Source of the DNA: Cycas panzhihuaensis
Lineage: Eukaryota; Plantae; Cycadophyta
Direction: 5' to 3'
Length of the DNA: 64,000 nt
Assembly: GCA_023213395.1 (NCBI GenBank)
Contig: CM041465.1
Span: forward strand, 183,527,741 to 183,591,740
The notes below the pieces were generated by a model. It was given only the letters and a program-made list of their open reading frames with translations. It had not been told where the DNA came from and made no database searches. Below, one piece after another: positions 1-14,400 of this stretch. The translations under genes and the position numbers were made by a program. Within the stretch, counting starts at the first letter, position 1. Every line of letters begins with the position of its first letter.

Positions 1-878
1 AAAGAATTTAAAATAATTGATTTGGGACTCATATACTACTTCTTAGGTCTAAAGGTTTGGCAAGATGAGAATGGGATATTTGTTTCCCAAAGAAAATATA
101 CTTTGGACTTATTACAAAAGTTTAACATGAGTAATTATAAAGAACTTACTACACCGACAAAAGTTGGGATAAAATTATCTAAGTATAAAGAATCTGCATC
201 AGTTGATCTTATACTCTATAAGCAACTGGTTGGTAGTTTGATCTACTTAAGTTAGACTTAGTCAGATATCATATATGTAATAAGTGTTATTTCCAAATTC
301 ATGCTCGATCCTAAAGTATTACATTGGCAAGTAGTAAAAAGGATCCTTAGATACTTAAAAGGCACAATTGCCTATGGACTACATTATAAGTCATTTATAA
401 ATTTTAGATTAGTTGGCTACATAGATTCTAATTGGGTAGGTTGTATTGATGATAAAAAGTCTACATCAGGCTATACCTTTAGTTTGGGTTTAATATCAAT
501 AGCTTAGAGTTTAAAGAAATGGAACACGATATCCTTGTCTATTATAGAAGCATAATACAAAACAACGATTAGAGGAGCATGTGAAATAGTTTGGCTAAGA
601 AGACTAATCTAAGAATTATAAGTAACACTGGATGGTCCTACACAAATATTGTGTGATAACCAAAGTACCATATAAATAACTCAAAATCCAATTCATAGCA
701 TATTGAAACTCAACATCAATTCTTTAGAGAATTGGTTCAAGTTGGTGAGATTGAGTTAATCTATTAGAGCATAGAAGAATAGGTGGAAGATATCTTTACT
801 AAAGCTCTTAGAAAGATTAGGTTCTATAAATTCAGAGACAAGATTAGAGTCTTCCCAAATGAATATTATGGGGGAGAA
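1..878 (+). mobile_element. Decayed Ty1/copia pol 3' end (RT C-terminus + RNase H) ending in a PPT; runs off the window's left edge
   Basis: Translates to DLGLIYYFLGL, YKQLVGSLIYL, KRILRYLKGT, YIDSNWVGCIDDKKSTSGY with stops and frameshifts; GGGGGAGAA purine tract at 870-878. Confidence 0.93.
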
Positions 879-879
879 A

Positions 880-1181
880 TATTAGATAATGTTAATTTAA
901 TCTATTAATACATATGCATTAGTATTAGGATTGGTGGAGTTGACATTAGCTGACAATAGTCGATTGGATAGTATTATTTTAAATGGTATTTTTAAATACT
1001 GAAAGACGATAAATGTTGGGCTCTTGCCTAACTCCCGTTTATATATATTAGGCCATAAGCCCCTTAAGTGTTCTTTAACACTACCTTTGTAATGCTAAAA
1101 ATTTGTTATCAATGATGCTCTTTGTTGCATAATATGCTCCCTTTGACTCCTTCTCTCCCTTTAGTTATAATAATATCCAAC
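880..1181 (+). repeat. Probable 3' LTR of the copia remnant (right boundary uncertain)
   Basis: Begins TATTAG (decayed TGTTAG) right after the PPT; candidate ends at TTTAACA (1080) or ATCCAAC (1181); no partner LTR in window. Confidence 0.45.
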
Positions 1182-4094
1182 CATTCTTAGTTAAGCATTT
1201 TCATTAGTGGGATTGTGGTTTCTCTCAAGCCAAGCTTTGAATATGATTAAACTTTGAGTTATAGTGTAAATTATTCATCTTTTATGATACATTTATTATT
1301 TCTTTATTAATGCATCATTAAATAGTTCTTGGAAGTTTAGTTATGCAGTTCATTACTTTATCACATTGTACTAATGATGATTGCCATAAGCAAGGAAAAA
1401 AATATACTAGGCATATCATGGGTGGACCTTTCATTGAATGATTTTTATATTCCATTTACAAACCATTTATTTATCATGGGTAACATATAGATCATGCATT
1501 TATATAATATTTTATCTAGAGTTGGAGGAGTTATTTATATATATTTTTACTAGTTGATATTTAGATTGCATGAGCACTTATGACATCTTAGCAACTACAT
1601 GAAGATTGGTCACTTTACCCATGTTATAAGGGTAGGGGTTAGGGGCATGTAATGTGCCCAATTAAGGGTGGATGTTATACCTTAGTTATGGTTTATGTGA
1701 TATAATTTATTTACATATTCTATTATACACATAGTTAATGTTAGATAAGCTTAAGTGCTTAGAGATTTGTGCAAATCTTATAAGAGAAGCTATAGTCATT
1801 AGAGTTAATACATAAACTTTAGGAGAAGCTACTTAATAGGAGAAGGTATTATAAATATTCCATCTATATACTCATTCATAAATGTATTAGATTTTATTTG
1901 GCTTACACCTTTTGAGGGATGGCTGATGTCAAAGAGGTCAACATTTTAGATTTATACTTAAGATGTTATTGACTTTTATCTTCATTATATATTCACATGA
2001 ATGTTTATTATTTATTATGAGTGATAGTAGTAGTACGATATTTAGGTATTTAGAATCTTTGAAAATATTTTTCGATATATTACAAATTTTATATAACAAA
2101 AATTATTTAGGATTGTTATAATATTACAACATTTTGTTCCTACATTAATAGTGCATTTATGGACACAATAGATCACACCTAATATATGGGGACATTTATG
2201 CATTTTCTTAAAAGGATATTTGTACATAATGCCTTCAAAATAAGAATGCCACAGTTAGTTTATAGGCATACGAAAACCAACAACAAGTTTAAACCTAAAC
2301 ATATGAAAAGAAACAACCATCACAAGGTTTATTCATGTCTAAATCAAGACTCATATACCAACCCTCAATTCCTTAAAGGAAGAGGCAAGAAAGGTAGTGA
2401 AACACTTAAAAGGAATGATCTAGTAAAGAAAAAAAGTTCAAACCAAATGAATAACTTTCAAAATGATATTACTCATTGATTGTGTTATTCATACCATATA
2501 GTTAATGATAAAATTTAGATCATACTTGTACAGATTGAGTAATTCACCTGGCTTCATAATAACATTCATGCATTAAGTATGCCCTCTATCAACTAAATAT
2601 ATCACCTTATAAGCATATCTTAATATTCAAATAGTTAGACAATATGAATATTAACACTACTAGCCTAGATAATTGGGCTTATTTTCAATTGTCTATATCA
2701 ACATAACATTGGTTTTAGTCATCTAATTTCTTTCATTATAAACTTTTATGTATTTATCACAAACTGTAATTTGTTATATTCTTTTTCACATTAATTAGAG
2801 GTTGTTGATAAAGCATTTTATTACTTCTTGAATATTATTTTAACATTATTATTTTATATTGGGATTTTAATTCTAGTAACATTCATTACACTATGTTTTT
2901 CATGATAATTAATATTATATTCATTAGACAAACTAGCATAGTTACATAATGCTTAATGTGTATTTAGTCTCATTGATAACTTTTTCTAGATTTTTTATTA
3001 GTTAAAATATTCATAACATGTAGTTTGTAGTGGTAGAGAGATTTTCTTTTTTATTTTTATGTTCATATTTTTTATTTACAATATATTTTTTAAAATTATT
3101 GATGAATTAAGTAGCAAGGTTACTAAGAGGTCATTTTTTACTTAAGTAAAACCATTAAATAATCGATTAATAAGATAATTAGAAAGTGATAATAAGTCGC
3201 ATTGATATGGAATCAATTGGAAAAATCATTAGAGGGCTAAGATGTTAACTTTATAATAAAAATGAGATGGGATCCCATAATAAAACTTATTTTTATTAGA
3301 AAGTTTCCATAAGAGTATTCCACAAAATATTGTTTCTCTTTAAGGCAAGGGAGCCCCCTAAATAAAGCCTCTTCTAATGAGTGAAGAAATAAATAAAAAT
3401 CTAAAAGAATAATCTTCTAAATGAGCCAACCACACCTTATATAAGTTGCACATTCAATTCTGACAAAACATCCTATGATATTTTAGGCTAGGGTCAACTA
3501 TTAAGTGGGCCTCTAATAATTCACATTTAAGATTATAAATTTCAAACTATCATAACTTTTTTATACAATATTTATTTAGGGCCCATAATCACTCATTTCA
3601 AAGCAAATAAGAAGCTTTATATTAAGATCCATGATTCATAACTTGATTCCTTTTATTTCAATATTATAATTATAAAATACTCAATATTTTCTCATTTTAA
3701 AAGGTGCCTTGTTCTATTTAGAGGGGTTGACATGTAACAACATTCATGTTCTTCATAAGTTTAGTGATGACATATACATATTAAGTATATATGCCACTTA
3801 TGTTTCTCATCATTTATATCTTATTTATTTCTTTTTAAAATCATATTTAAATTTTAAGATTATATGGTTATTTTCTTATATGATTAATATTTAGTTATTT
3901 GATTTGATAAAATAAAAATGAACAAAAAGAGTTACATTGAATTTAAGCTACATATTTAAATTTCTATTTAAAATTTTAGTTAAACAACACACTTGCACAA
4001 TTAATATGTGGCATGTTGTATCATATCCTTATTTATTGCATTTTTTTAAACACCTTTATTTTTAGAAAGGAACTTTCATTTGCCTTTTTTAATA

Positions 4095-4196
4095 TACACA
4101 CACATATGTATATGTATATAGATATATAGATTTGTGTATGCATATGTATACACAAATATCTATCTATATATCTATATATGCGTCTATGTGCATATG
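4095..4196. repeat. Imperfect TA/CA/TG microsatellite
   Basis: Direct reading of sequence. Confidence 0.8.
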
Positions 4197-7060
4197 TGTA
4201 GAAAATAGCTTGATAATGTAACAACAAACTAATAGAGTAATAATACTTAATAAAGAGCACAAGCATAACAATAATTTCACAAACTCTTAATAACATATTC
4301 ACTTGTTATTAACTTTACAGAGTAATACAATACATATTTATATATAAGCTAGAGTGGTGGTTATAAAAGTAAATTATAAAAATAGCAATGAGTTACAAAT
4401 CCATACAGAAGTTACAAAATGAAAAATATGAGTTACATGAACTCATACATATGTGAAAAACACCTCATCAAACTTGAAAAAGTAAATATAAAATTCTACA
4501 AAGCAAACATTATTCTTCATACCCCCTAGCTCATTTAATTCTTTATCTTTGGCATGAAGAAATACTCTGAACTTTTTAAATTTTTATATATTCAAAGCCT
4601 TCATCAATATGTTTGCTAATTGGTCCTTAATTAGATAATACACTAACTATATTATGTTGTTCTACACTTGCTCCTAAAATGAAATAATGATGGGTCTCAC
4701 TACATTTGGTCCTAGTATAAAATATTAGATTCTTCAAGAGTTTAATAATGCTATGATTATCATTAAATAGAACTAGAACAACCTATTGAGGAAGATGAAT
4801 ATGACTTATTATTCTCCTTATCCAAATTGCTTCACATGTAGTTATATGTGTAACTATATACTCTACCTTTATGGAAGATAACAAAATTATATCCTATTTC
4901 TTAGTAGCCCAAAAAACTATACTTGATATTAGTGTGAACACATATCCTAAAGTGGATTTCTTATCATCACTATCACCAAGCCAATTTAAGTCTTTGAAAC
5001 CCTAGAGTTTAAAGTCCTCATACCTTGTGAACTCTAGTCCAAATCTGATAGTTCCCTTTACATATCTTAACATTCTTTTAATAGTTATCTAAGATGAAAT
5101 AGATGGACAATGCATAAATCTTGATATTAATCCCATAATATAACTAATATCTAGCCTAGTAGTAGTTAAGTAAATTAAACTGCCTACTAGTTATCTCAAT
5201 AATATCTCATCAATAGTCTCCTCATCAGTTTATCTTTTTAGTTTGGTACATATCTTAATTAATATTGCCACTTACTTATACTCTTGCACGTAACATCTGC
5301 TCAACACATTGTGTGTATATTTTAATTAAGATATAAAGTGTTATCCTTCTTCTTCCATACTTTAATGCCATGGTAATAATGCAAATACTTAAATCTATCA
5401 TGTCAAGGGCATTTAGGATATTTAATATGATCAATGTCATTCCTTATGATGATTAAATCATCAATATATACTGCCATAATAAGAATATATATATCATCCA
5501 TCTTTAAACTATTTATTAGCTCTTACATTCCAAGCCCTTAGTGCTTGTTTTAACCCATGTGAGGCTTTCTTAAGCTTGCAAACTAAGTGTTCTTTCCTAT
5601 CTTATACAAATCCTTTTTGTTGTTCTATGTATAATTCATTTTCTAAAATGCCATTTAAGAGGGCACTCTTTATATCCATTCAATGCACTTACCAGTCAAA
5701 CTATATTATTGTATTGATCAACAACTTAATAGTTACTATCTTTTCCACTAAAGTAAAGGTTTTTTCAAAATCTACCCCCTTGACTTGAGCACACCCCTTA
5801 AATATAAGTTTTATGTTGTACTTATCTACTAAGCCATTTGGGAAAAAACTTATTTTAAACACCCATCTTTGTTTAATTGACTTCTTTTTAATAGGAAGAT
5901 TAACCAAGTTTGGTGTATTATTTTTAGTGATTGAATTATACTCCTCCTCCATGGCGTTTTTCCATTTATCTTCTTCCTTTACTTTATCAAATAAAGTTAG
6001 GTTGGTCATGCTTCAAACATTAGATATTAAGATAAACTCAACAAAATATCCCATGTCTTTTTTGTGCCTTGGTCTCCACTCCTTTATCTATATTTGTTTC
6101 TCCTATAGATAATTCCTTAATTGTTTATTTATATCATTTTTGTAATTTATATAAAGACCCCTAAGATGATCCTTCTTATGGTAGATTTGTGGGCTTGGAC
6201 ATTGTGCATCTTTTGTGGACTTATACTTTGTCCTTTAGTACTCAACTTATATCCACACTTGTACTCATACTTGGGATTATGACTTTAATTTCAACATACA
6301 TTTTATATTTTTTGTATCACCATGGTTATCATATATAACATCTCTACTTATCATAATTTTTCTATTTCATGGATCAAATGGTGAGTATGCTTTGGATGCA
6401 TGACTACATCCCACAAGTACACAATTATTACTTTTATCATCAAGCTTCTTTCTTTTCTAATCAGGGATGTGGGCATAGGCATTACTCCTAAAAACACATA
6501 AATGACTTATAGATGGTTTCTAGCCAATCCATATGTCCTTAGTTGTTATGTCCCCAACTTCATTTGGTAAAATTTTTGTTCAATAAGTATATATCTGTGG
6601 TGTCAGCTTCACTTTAATATCCAAGAGAAGTATGCTTTGGATGCATCACAACATCCCACAAGTATACATTTCTTATTTTTATCATCAAGCTTCTTTCTTT
6701 TCTAACCAGGGATGTGGGCATGGACATTGCTCCTAAAAACATATAAATGACTCTAATCCATACTTAGGTGTTATGTCCCTAACTCCTTTGGTAGGATTTT
6801 TGTTTAGTAAATATATATTTATGGTGTTAGCTTTGCCCTAATATCTAAGAGAAGGATTCTTGGCCTTCATCATATACCTACCCACTTCCATAATTATTCC
6901 ATTCTCTCTTTGTCATATCATTTTGTTACGGTATAAGTAATTATGAGCTATGCTTGGATATATTCTTTCTTGTAAAATTATATGCAGTCTTTTAACTTTT
7001 AATCTCCACTATTATCACTTCTTATGATTTTAATCTTCAATCTTAAGAAGTAGGTTGCCT
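4197..7060 (-). mobile_element. 5'-truncated decayed Ty1/copia element (integrase-RT-RNase H, PPT ~4521-4527, putative 3' LTR ~4197-4519)
   Basis: Minus-strand ORF 5701-6009 WKNAMEEEYNSI...KGCAQVKGVDFEKTF (RVT_2); RNase H and integrase remnants on either side; AGGGGG PPT followed by TGAAGAA...TTCTACA on minus strand. Confidence 0.88.
6384..6854. repeat. Tandem duplication (~245 bp + ~225 bp) inside copia integrase region
   Basis: AGTATGCTTTGGATGCAT...AAGAGAAG occurs at 6384-6630 and again at 6629-6854. Confidence 0.9.
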
Positions 7061-8123
7061 CTTATAAGCCACCTTGCTTAATAACATATGAAGTGAGTAA
7101 TCCAATGGGATTAAAAAATTGCCAAAATAAATAGATGAATACATAATATAACATGAACCCCAATATGAACGTTCAATTATCTTAATATAATTTTCCTTGA
7201 TTTAGGTTTCCATTTTGGTGTCTTAGTAGGTTCTTCTTTATGCTATTTTTTAACCTATTTTTCTTCACTTTCTATATATATATTTATTTTCTCTTGTTTT
7301 ACTTACTTTCCATCTTTATTATTTCCTTCTATCTTGTTAGGAAATTTGTTAAACTAAATATTCTTATGATTTTATAAACAAGCTTAAAGATCCTTAATAT
7401 ATTTGTTTAACCCTTTTAACACTTTTAAAATGATTACCCTTTATCTGAATTATCTATAAAATTTATGAGTTTTATAATGGTATTATTAGCTACATTAATT
7501 CTACCCATTTCTAATTATCTTAAAGAAATATATTAAAAAGATTACCTATGTAAATAAAAATCCAAAAACATTGAATATCAACTATTATACTAAGAAAGAA
7601 TCTTCCTTCATAGATGTAATGCAAATGGATAAAAATCATTACTTAATGTATATATCTTGAGTTCATAAAGGCATTAATCTTATCTATTCACTTTATGGAT
7701 GTATATGGATTGATCATATAAAGGGCCTTATTTCAACCCTTCTATCTCCATAGAACATTCACATTTTTAGTCCAAATTACATAAGTTATGTACAAAAATT
7801 TATAGAAAAATTTAGGGCTAAAATTATATTTCTTGCCAAAAGTGGCCTAAGTTTAACTTTAGTAGTCCAAAGTAAGTGTCATTTTTTAATTAGAATGAAG
7901 ACATAAGGACACTTCTTAAAAAATCTAATACAAATAGATTTATGCTTTGCAACTTTTATAGTGACCCATTAAAATTAAAGAAGCATAATTTTAAGGCTAT
8001 TGAAATTTATGACACCACACTAAATTTAAATCCCTTATATCTCCCTTAAATTATGATAAACCTATATAATACAATAGCTTAAGAAAACAAAAAAGATAAA
8101 GATAGAAAGACTTTATGGGATGC

Positions 8124-8283
8124 TCATGTAAATTCTATCATCAAAACACTTGAAATAATCATTTTGTATTAGATAATATATTTGCCCGAGAAAATAACAT
8201 AGATATAGATGGAGAGAGTTCATGTAAATTCTATCATCTAAACACTTCAAATAATCATTTTATATTTGAAACCATATCTGCCC
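8124..8283. repeat. Two-copy ~60-bp direct repeat
   Basis: TCATGTAAATTCTATCATC(A/T)AAACACTT(G/C)AAATAATCATTTT at ~8124 and ~8220. Confidence 0.85.
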
Positions 8284-9049
8284 ATATCCTATAATTATAC
8301 CACTTGTAATAACTCCAAATGGGGTTTCTTATTTAAATCTTACAAGATGGCAAGAAAACTAATCCTAAATATACAAATATTTAATTATAGAAGTAATCTA
8401 ATTATTCACAATAGATAATACACACATATATATAAATAACCTTAATGAAGACAATATTAATACCTAAATAGTAATTACAAATATAAATCTAATATCTTTC
8501 CATCTTTAAGATGGGCCACCTCCAAAAGTCCTAAGTCTAATAAAGATTTAATAATAATTATTATACACCTAATCAAGTATTTTTACCTTAACAATTTACT
8601 GTTTAATTATGAAAGGGTATGTTGATGGGTCATACCCTTTCATATAAGGTCACCATATATGGATATATATGTATGGGCCATTATAACTTGATATTATTGG
8701 CTATTTAATTAAATATTTGTCTATGGACCCCTTTTTAAGGCACCTCATGTATAAACTTGGAGATTGGCCCCTTCTAATCGATTGAGCATTTCTTAGTCTC
8801 TGTGGTTGACCCATTTGGATCACCATAAGTGGTATTAGAATAAATAATCTAGAATTAAAAAAAAGGGGGCTAGTATCTTTGAATATTAAATTTCATAGCT
8901 TGGTAATAAACAAAGATATATTTCTAATTTTTTAAAGTAACCTCCTCAAGATAGACCATTGCTTATGTGTATTATGAGGGTTACTTGACCAAGATAGATA
9001 CAATATATACATCTAACACCAAGATATATTTAGCATAATACTATCTTCG

Positions 9050-9104
9050 AAAAGGGTGATAGTACTTATTGACTCTAGTAGTACATATAACTTTATCAAT
9101 AAGC
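9050..9104 (+). mobile_element. Ty3/gypsy aspartic protease active-site fragment (left half of element split by the copia insertion)
   Basis: KRVIVLIDSSSTYNFINK matches the LIDSGSTHNFI motif; frame continues at 16279 (QCAKRVKEYIYPTN*CQVMIADG). Confidence 0.85.
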
Positions 9105-9164
9105 TAAATAGATAAGAGAATTAATATTAGAAACTCTGATGATATATTATGAGAGATTGAGTGT

Positions 9165-9247
<83 letters not shown>

Positions 9248-9369
9248 TTGTACATTGTAACCGACATGGAAATAAATGCCACATATCAGATACTTGTATA
9301 GAAATACATAAAGGGGGTTTTAACATGACCCTCAAGATAACATCCCTAGATGAAACTTATGTTCTATCA
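9105..9369 (-). repeat. 3' LTR of copia 9105-16273 containing an expanded (CA)n tract
   Basis: Aligns to 16078-16273 apart from the (CA)n block at ~9166-9245. Confidence 0.92.
9166..9245. repeat. (CA)n microsatellite, ~40 units
   Basis: Direct reading. Confidence 0.98.
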
Positions 9370-9539
9370 TCCTCTCTTAATGTTTCATCCTTTTAGTCAT
9401 AATTTGTCTCTAAGAGCTATCAACTTGTCTTTACTGAGAGACTTTGTTAATATATCTATAATATATTCATTTGATGAATAGTAGATTAAGTCAATTTCTT
9501 TATTTTGAACTTTTTCTCTTATAAAGTGATGATGAACTT

Positions 9540-11416
9540 ATCAAACACTATCGAATCTATCCAGAAGAGATTCCTTTGGTCGGGGACGGAGAGCAAAGAT
9601 AGAATACATCTGGTAAGCTGGAATAAAGTCTGCACCCCGAAATGGGCCGGTGGCCTCAACCTGAGAAGGATTTCTCCTTTCAACGATGCTCTAGGGGCAA
9701 AATTGGGATGGCGGTTATTTAAAGGAGGCCAAGGAATCTGGGAGAAGATCCTGACTAGAAAATACATTCAAGGAGGTTCTCTGGTCGAGAATGATGCTTC
9801 GCAAGTCGGATCTACTGTTTGGAGAAGCATCCTAAAAGTTTGGAGAGCTATAAGGAATGGATTGAAATGGAGACTTGGAGATGGCAACTCTATCAGGTTC
9901 TGGGAGGACGTATGGTGCTGCGATGTAGCGCTTAAGGATTGCCCAGACCTGGAACTGATTATGGGGCCTTGCGTTAGGCTATATGGCCCTCATGTTAAGG
10001 ATTATTGGATCAGGAGTGGCAAAAATAGGCGTTAGAAGTCCTTCGAGGAAATTCAAGGAGAAAGATTGCAAGAGGGCCTAAACAAGTTAAAAAGGATTCT
10101 TCGTAAGAATTATATCCCTAGAATGACCTTGCTGGATACGGTTGTATGGCCCCTGGACCCGTCCGGGGACTACACTGTTAAACAAGGATACCATTTCCTT
10201 TGTTTAACTAGAGGGGATCAACGAAACCCAACCCTTGAAGGTGTTTGGAAGCTTCCTATCATTCATAGGATTGTGATATTCTGGTGGACCTGCCTCAAGA
10301 ATAAAATCCTCACCACTGACAATCTTAAGAAGAGAGGTTTTACGCTAGCAAATAGATGTACTTTATGTCCCTCAGAGGAGGAATCTATGGACCACATCTT
10401 CATTGGATGTTCCTTCACGAGAGAGGTTTGGAGGTTGTTACTCGGAAAACTAGAGGTTTGCTGGACATTTTCAAAAAGGACCATTGACTTATGGATTGCT
10501 TGGCTTAGCCCCTTCAGAAGCATAACTCTGAGCGGTATTTGGAAGAGTGCGCTCCCGATATTGGCTTGGAATATATGGAAAGAGAGAAATCAGAGAATTT
10601 TTCAGGAAAAGCAGATGGACCAGACATCCATTTTCAACAAAATATGTTCGGACATTAAGGAAAATGTTAGAAACGTGAAAGAAAAACGTATTTCCTTCTT
10701 TGGAGTAGGATTCTTAGCAAATGGGGCATACAACCTGTCTTTGAGGCTGCAAGACCCAGATGTAGCAGTTGGCAGCCTCTTGAGGAGCCCTGGATCAAAG
10801 TTAACTTTGATGGGGCTGCTAAAGGGAACCCCGGGGAAGCGGGTGGAGGGGGTATCTGCAGGGATTGCACTGGTACCCCAATATGGGCTTTTGCGGATTA
10901 CTATGAATGCCAGACAAACCACTATGCAGAAATGCAAGCTATGTTTAAAGCCCGAGACCTTGCAGTTGAAGGAAATATTCAACGTCTGGTAATAGAGGGG
11001 GACTCAGAGGTGGTGCTTAAGGCGCTGAAAGGTGAGGCCCTTCCAGATTGGAGATTCCAGACCCTTTTTAACAATGCTAAAGAGATCATTAAGGGACTGG
11101 CTGAAGTCCGTATAAGGCATACTTTGAGGGAAGGTAACAAACCAGCTAACTTTTTGGCAAACTGGGGAGCAAGGCACCGGCAAGGCCAAGTGTGGAGAAG
11201 TGATTTTCCTAGGGATCTTATGGCTCTGGTAGAAAAGGATATGATCTGTAACAGTTAGTCGTGGGGCTTGTCCTGGCATTTAGCTTTCTGGCCTAGACCG
11301 TGGGGATGTCACGGTCATATATCTCTTGGTGAGCACAATATTCTCTGATGTAATAGGTTGTGGGATCCTGTTCAAACCCACTATAAATTTATTTTATCTT
11401 ACCAAAAAAAAAAAAA
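9540..11416 (+). mobile_element. 5'-truncated L1-clade LINE (ORF2 C-terminus: post-RT region, zf-RVT/CCHC, RNase H) with poly(A) and 17-bp TSD
   Basis: FLWSG..HLVSWNKVCTPKWAGGLNLR; CTLCPSEEESMDHIFIGC; KVNFDGAAKGNPG, VIEGDS, HTLREGNKPANFLA; A13 at 11404-11416; TSD AAAGTGATGATGAACTT at 9523-9539 and 11414-11430; one stop and one frameshift. Confidence 0.97.
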
Positions 11417-14400
11417 GTGATGATGAACTTTAATATGTTTAGTTTGAGCATGCAAAAACGGATCCTTTATTAACTTTATGGTGCTTTAATTATCGAAAAA
11501 GAGTGTTGTGGATTACTTTTGTTGCTAATGTAGATTTGAAAGTAGTTGCATGAGCCTGATTGCTTCACAAGCTAGATTGACTGCTGATTTATGTTCTACT
11601 TCTATGGATGAAAGAATGACTGTAGTTTATCTTTTGCTACTCCAAGAAATTGTTGTTTCCCTAAGGAAGAAGCAATATCCACTTATTGATTTATGTTTTT
11701 CTTTATCTCTAGCCCAATCTAAGTCATAATATTTAAATAATTTATTTACTTTTAGTTTTAGATGCACAAATATTATATTAGTAGTCCCTTTAGATATCTA
11801 AAAATCCTTTTTGCTACTTTCTAGTGCCTTGTCTTGGGATCTTGTATGTATCATAAAACCATATCCATTGAATATGAAATGTTAGGTCTAGTTGATGTGA
11901 GATATATTAGACTACCTATTAGTTACTTGTATAGTGTTCCATCAACAATAGGTTCGTGTTTATTTAGAGTAAGATCACACCCTACTTCCATACAAGTTAT
12001 GGAAGTATTGCTCTCTTCCATCCTAAATTTAGATAGTAGATTCTTGATGTATCTACTCTGGGACAAGGAGATTGAGCACTTTTTGTATCTTACTTCTATT
12101 TCCAAATAATAATTTAATAATCCTAAGTCAATCATCTTGAAGCCTCTTTTTAATTATGACCTTATATTTTCTATTAATTCATTATCACTTCTGGTGAGTA
12201 TCATATCATTCACGTAAATAGTGATAACTATTATTTATCTTGGTCTTCTTTTGGTATACAAGTTGGGATTTGAACTGCATCTGGAAAAGCCATTCTAAAT
12301 TAAATATTTATCTAATTTATCATACCAAGCTCTTGGGGCTTCTTTTAATCCATACAATGCCTTTTTTAGTTTGCATACTAAATTTTCTTTTCTATGCTAA
12401 ATAAAGCCCTTAGGCTATTTCATATAAACTTCTTCTTCTAAATCACTATTTAAGAAGGCACTTTTTAAATCCAACTAGTAAATCTTCTAGTTATTTTAGG
12501 TTGCAAGAGCTATTATTGTTCTTACAATGTTTAGTTTGGCCACTAGTGATCCTCGTAGTCTATCACAAGAGTCTGGGTGTATCCTTTGGTAACCATTCTT
12601 ACCTTATATTTACTTATTTCTCCATCAACATTTTCTATGACATTGAATACCCATTTGCAGTTTACCACTGGTTTTCCTATAGGTAGAACTATCAATTCCC
12701 ATGTTTAATTTTTAGAGATTAACTCAATTTCTTCATTCATCGTAGCTTCCATTCCTAATGTCCTTTAACATTTGCAAATGATTGTGGCTCCACATTTGTA
12801 AAGAGAGCATGATGCTTTTGACCTCTTGTTCTGTGACCATATACCTCTCCTTTGCTTTCTTCAATGGTTTTGAGATGCCATCTCAGTACTCTTTTTCCCT
12901 TTTCTCCTTCTTCTTCTTCATTGGTTATGCTTGTCTCAATGGGAGGTGATTCTTCATCTCTGTTGATAGACACTTCCTGAGATTCCCTCTCTAAATCATT
13001 TGTATCTATGTTTTTTTATGTGATTCTAGAAATTTCTTTAATAGAAAATTAAAAATTCTTTTTAGAAGCCTTATTAATCACCTATTGTATTACTATATCT
13101 TTTATGAGATCAAGCTCATTGAGCACTACAGCTCTACTTATATAGACCTTATTTATTTTGGGGTTTATATATTTATAAGCCTTTGAGTTTTTATTATAGC
13201 CTACTATTATATATTCAATGCTTTTGGAATCTAGCTTTGATCTCTTTTTATCTGGAATGTGAACAAAGGCTTTGCATTTAAAGATTTTTAGATTACTTAC
13301 ATTTGATTTGACTCTGGTCCATGCCTCTTTTGGAGTGATATGATCCAGGACCTTTGTAGGACTTTTATTTATGAGATATCCAACTATGTAGACTACTTCA
13401 GCCTAATAGGTCTTTGAAATCTAACTTTCTTTAAGCATGCATTGAGCCATTTCCATGATCATTCCGTTCATTCGCTCTATAACCCTATTTGACTGAGGCG
13501 TATATGGAGTTATGAGTTGCCTTTGAATTCCTTTATTTTTGCAATAGTTTAAAAAGTATTTCGAAATATATTAACTTCTACCATCTGATTTGATGCATTT
13601 TATTTTTATTCCAGACTCCAGTCAGGCTTCTACTTTGAAAATTCTTTAACTTTCTCAAAAACTTTAGATTTACAAAAGAGAAAATAAATCCAAGTTTTTC
13701 TAGAGAAATCATCAATGAAGGTTATGAAATACCTACACCATTGATTAAGCAAGGTATGAGAGGACTACATAGGTCAGTGTGGACTAGGTTCAATTTACCT
13801 TGTGCTCATCATTAACTTACTTTAAATGGGAAATATTATTGTTTTCCTAGCATACAACTTTTATACATAAGATGTTAAAAGAAAATATTGGGGAAACCAT
13901 TAACTATTTTAGGTTTTGTCAACTACATTAGTCTGTCAGAAGAGATATGCCCATGCTTCAAATGCCATAATTTATTATTATCAGTGTCAATTATAGTACA
14001 TACCTTTTCATTGGTAATTATAGGTTTTGAAGATAATCTATAAAGATCGTTAATTTCTATGACTTTTACAACTAAGGCTCCTCCTTTTTTTATGTCAAGA
14101 ATATAACAATACCCATTTTCATTAGACATTGTTTGCAACTTTTTCTTTCTTAGCTGAGAAATAGATAGAAGATTCTTTTTAAGTCCTCGAACAAAAAGTA
14201 CATAACCATGTTTTTGAATACCTCCTTTTATCTGAATGGCTATGGTTCCAACTCCTTTGATATTTAGAAGATGTTTATCCCCTAATTCAATGTATTTATG
14301 AGAGGTGAAGGGTCTTAGAGATTAAAACCAATCCTCTTGTCTGGTCATATGTCTAGAGGTCCTGAAGTCAATGTACTAGACTTCCTCATCTTCAAAGCTA

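Noticed and set aside
1640-3735. Possible gypsy LTR starts (GGGGCA|TGTAAT at ~1648; TGTCAACCCC on minus at ~3732)
   Set aside because: No partner LTR, PBS or TSD to support boundaries
8600-8840. 5' LTR + PBS (TGGTATTAGAA at ~8830) for the gypsy at 9050
   Set aside because: Plausible but no partner LTR and no room for gag; unsupported
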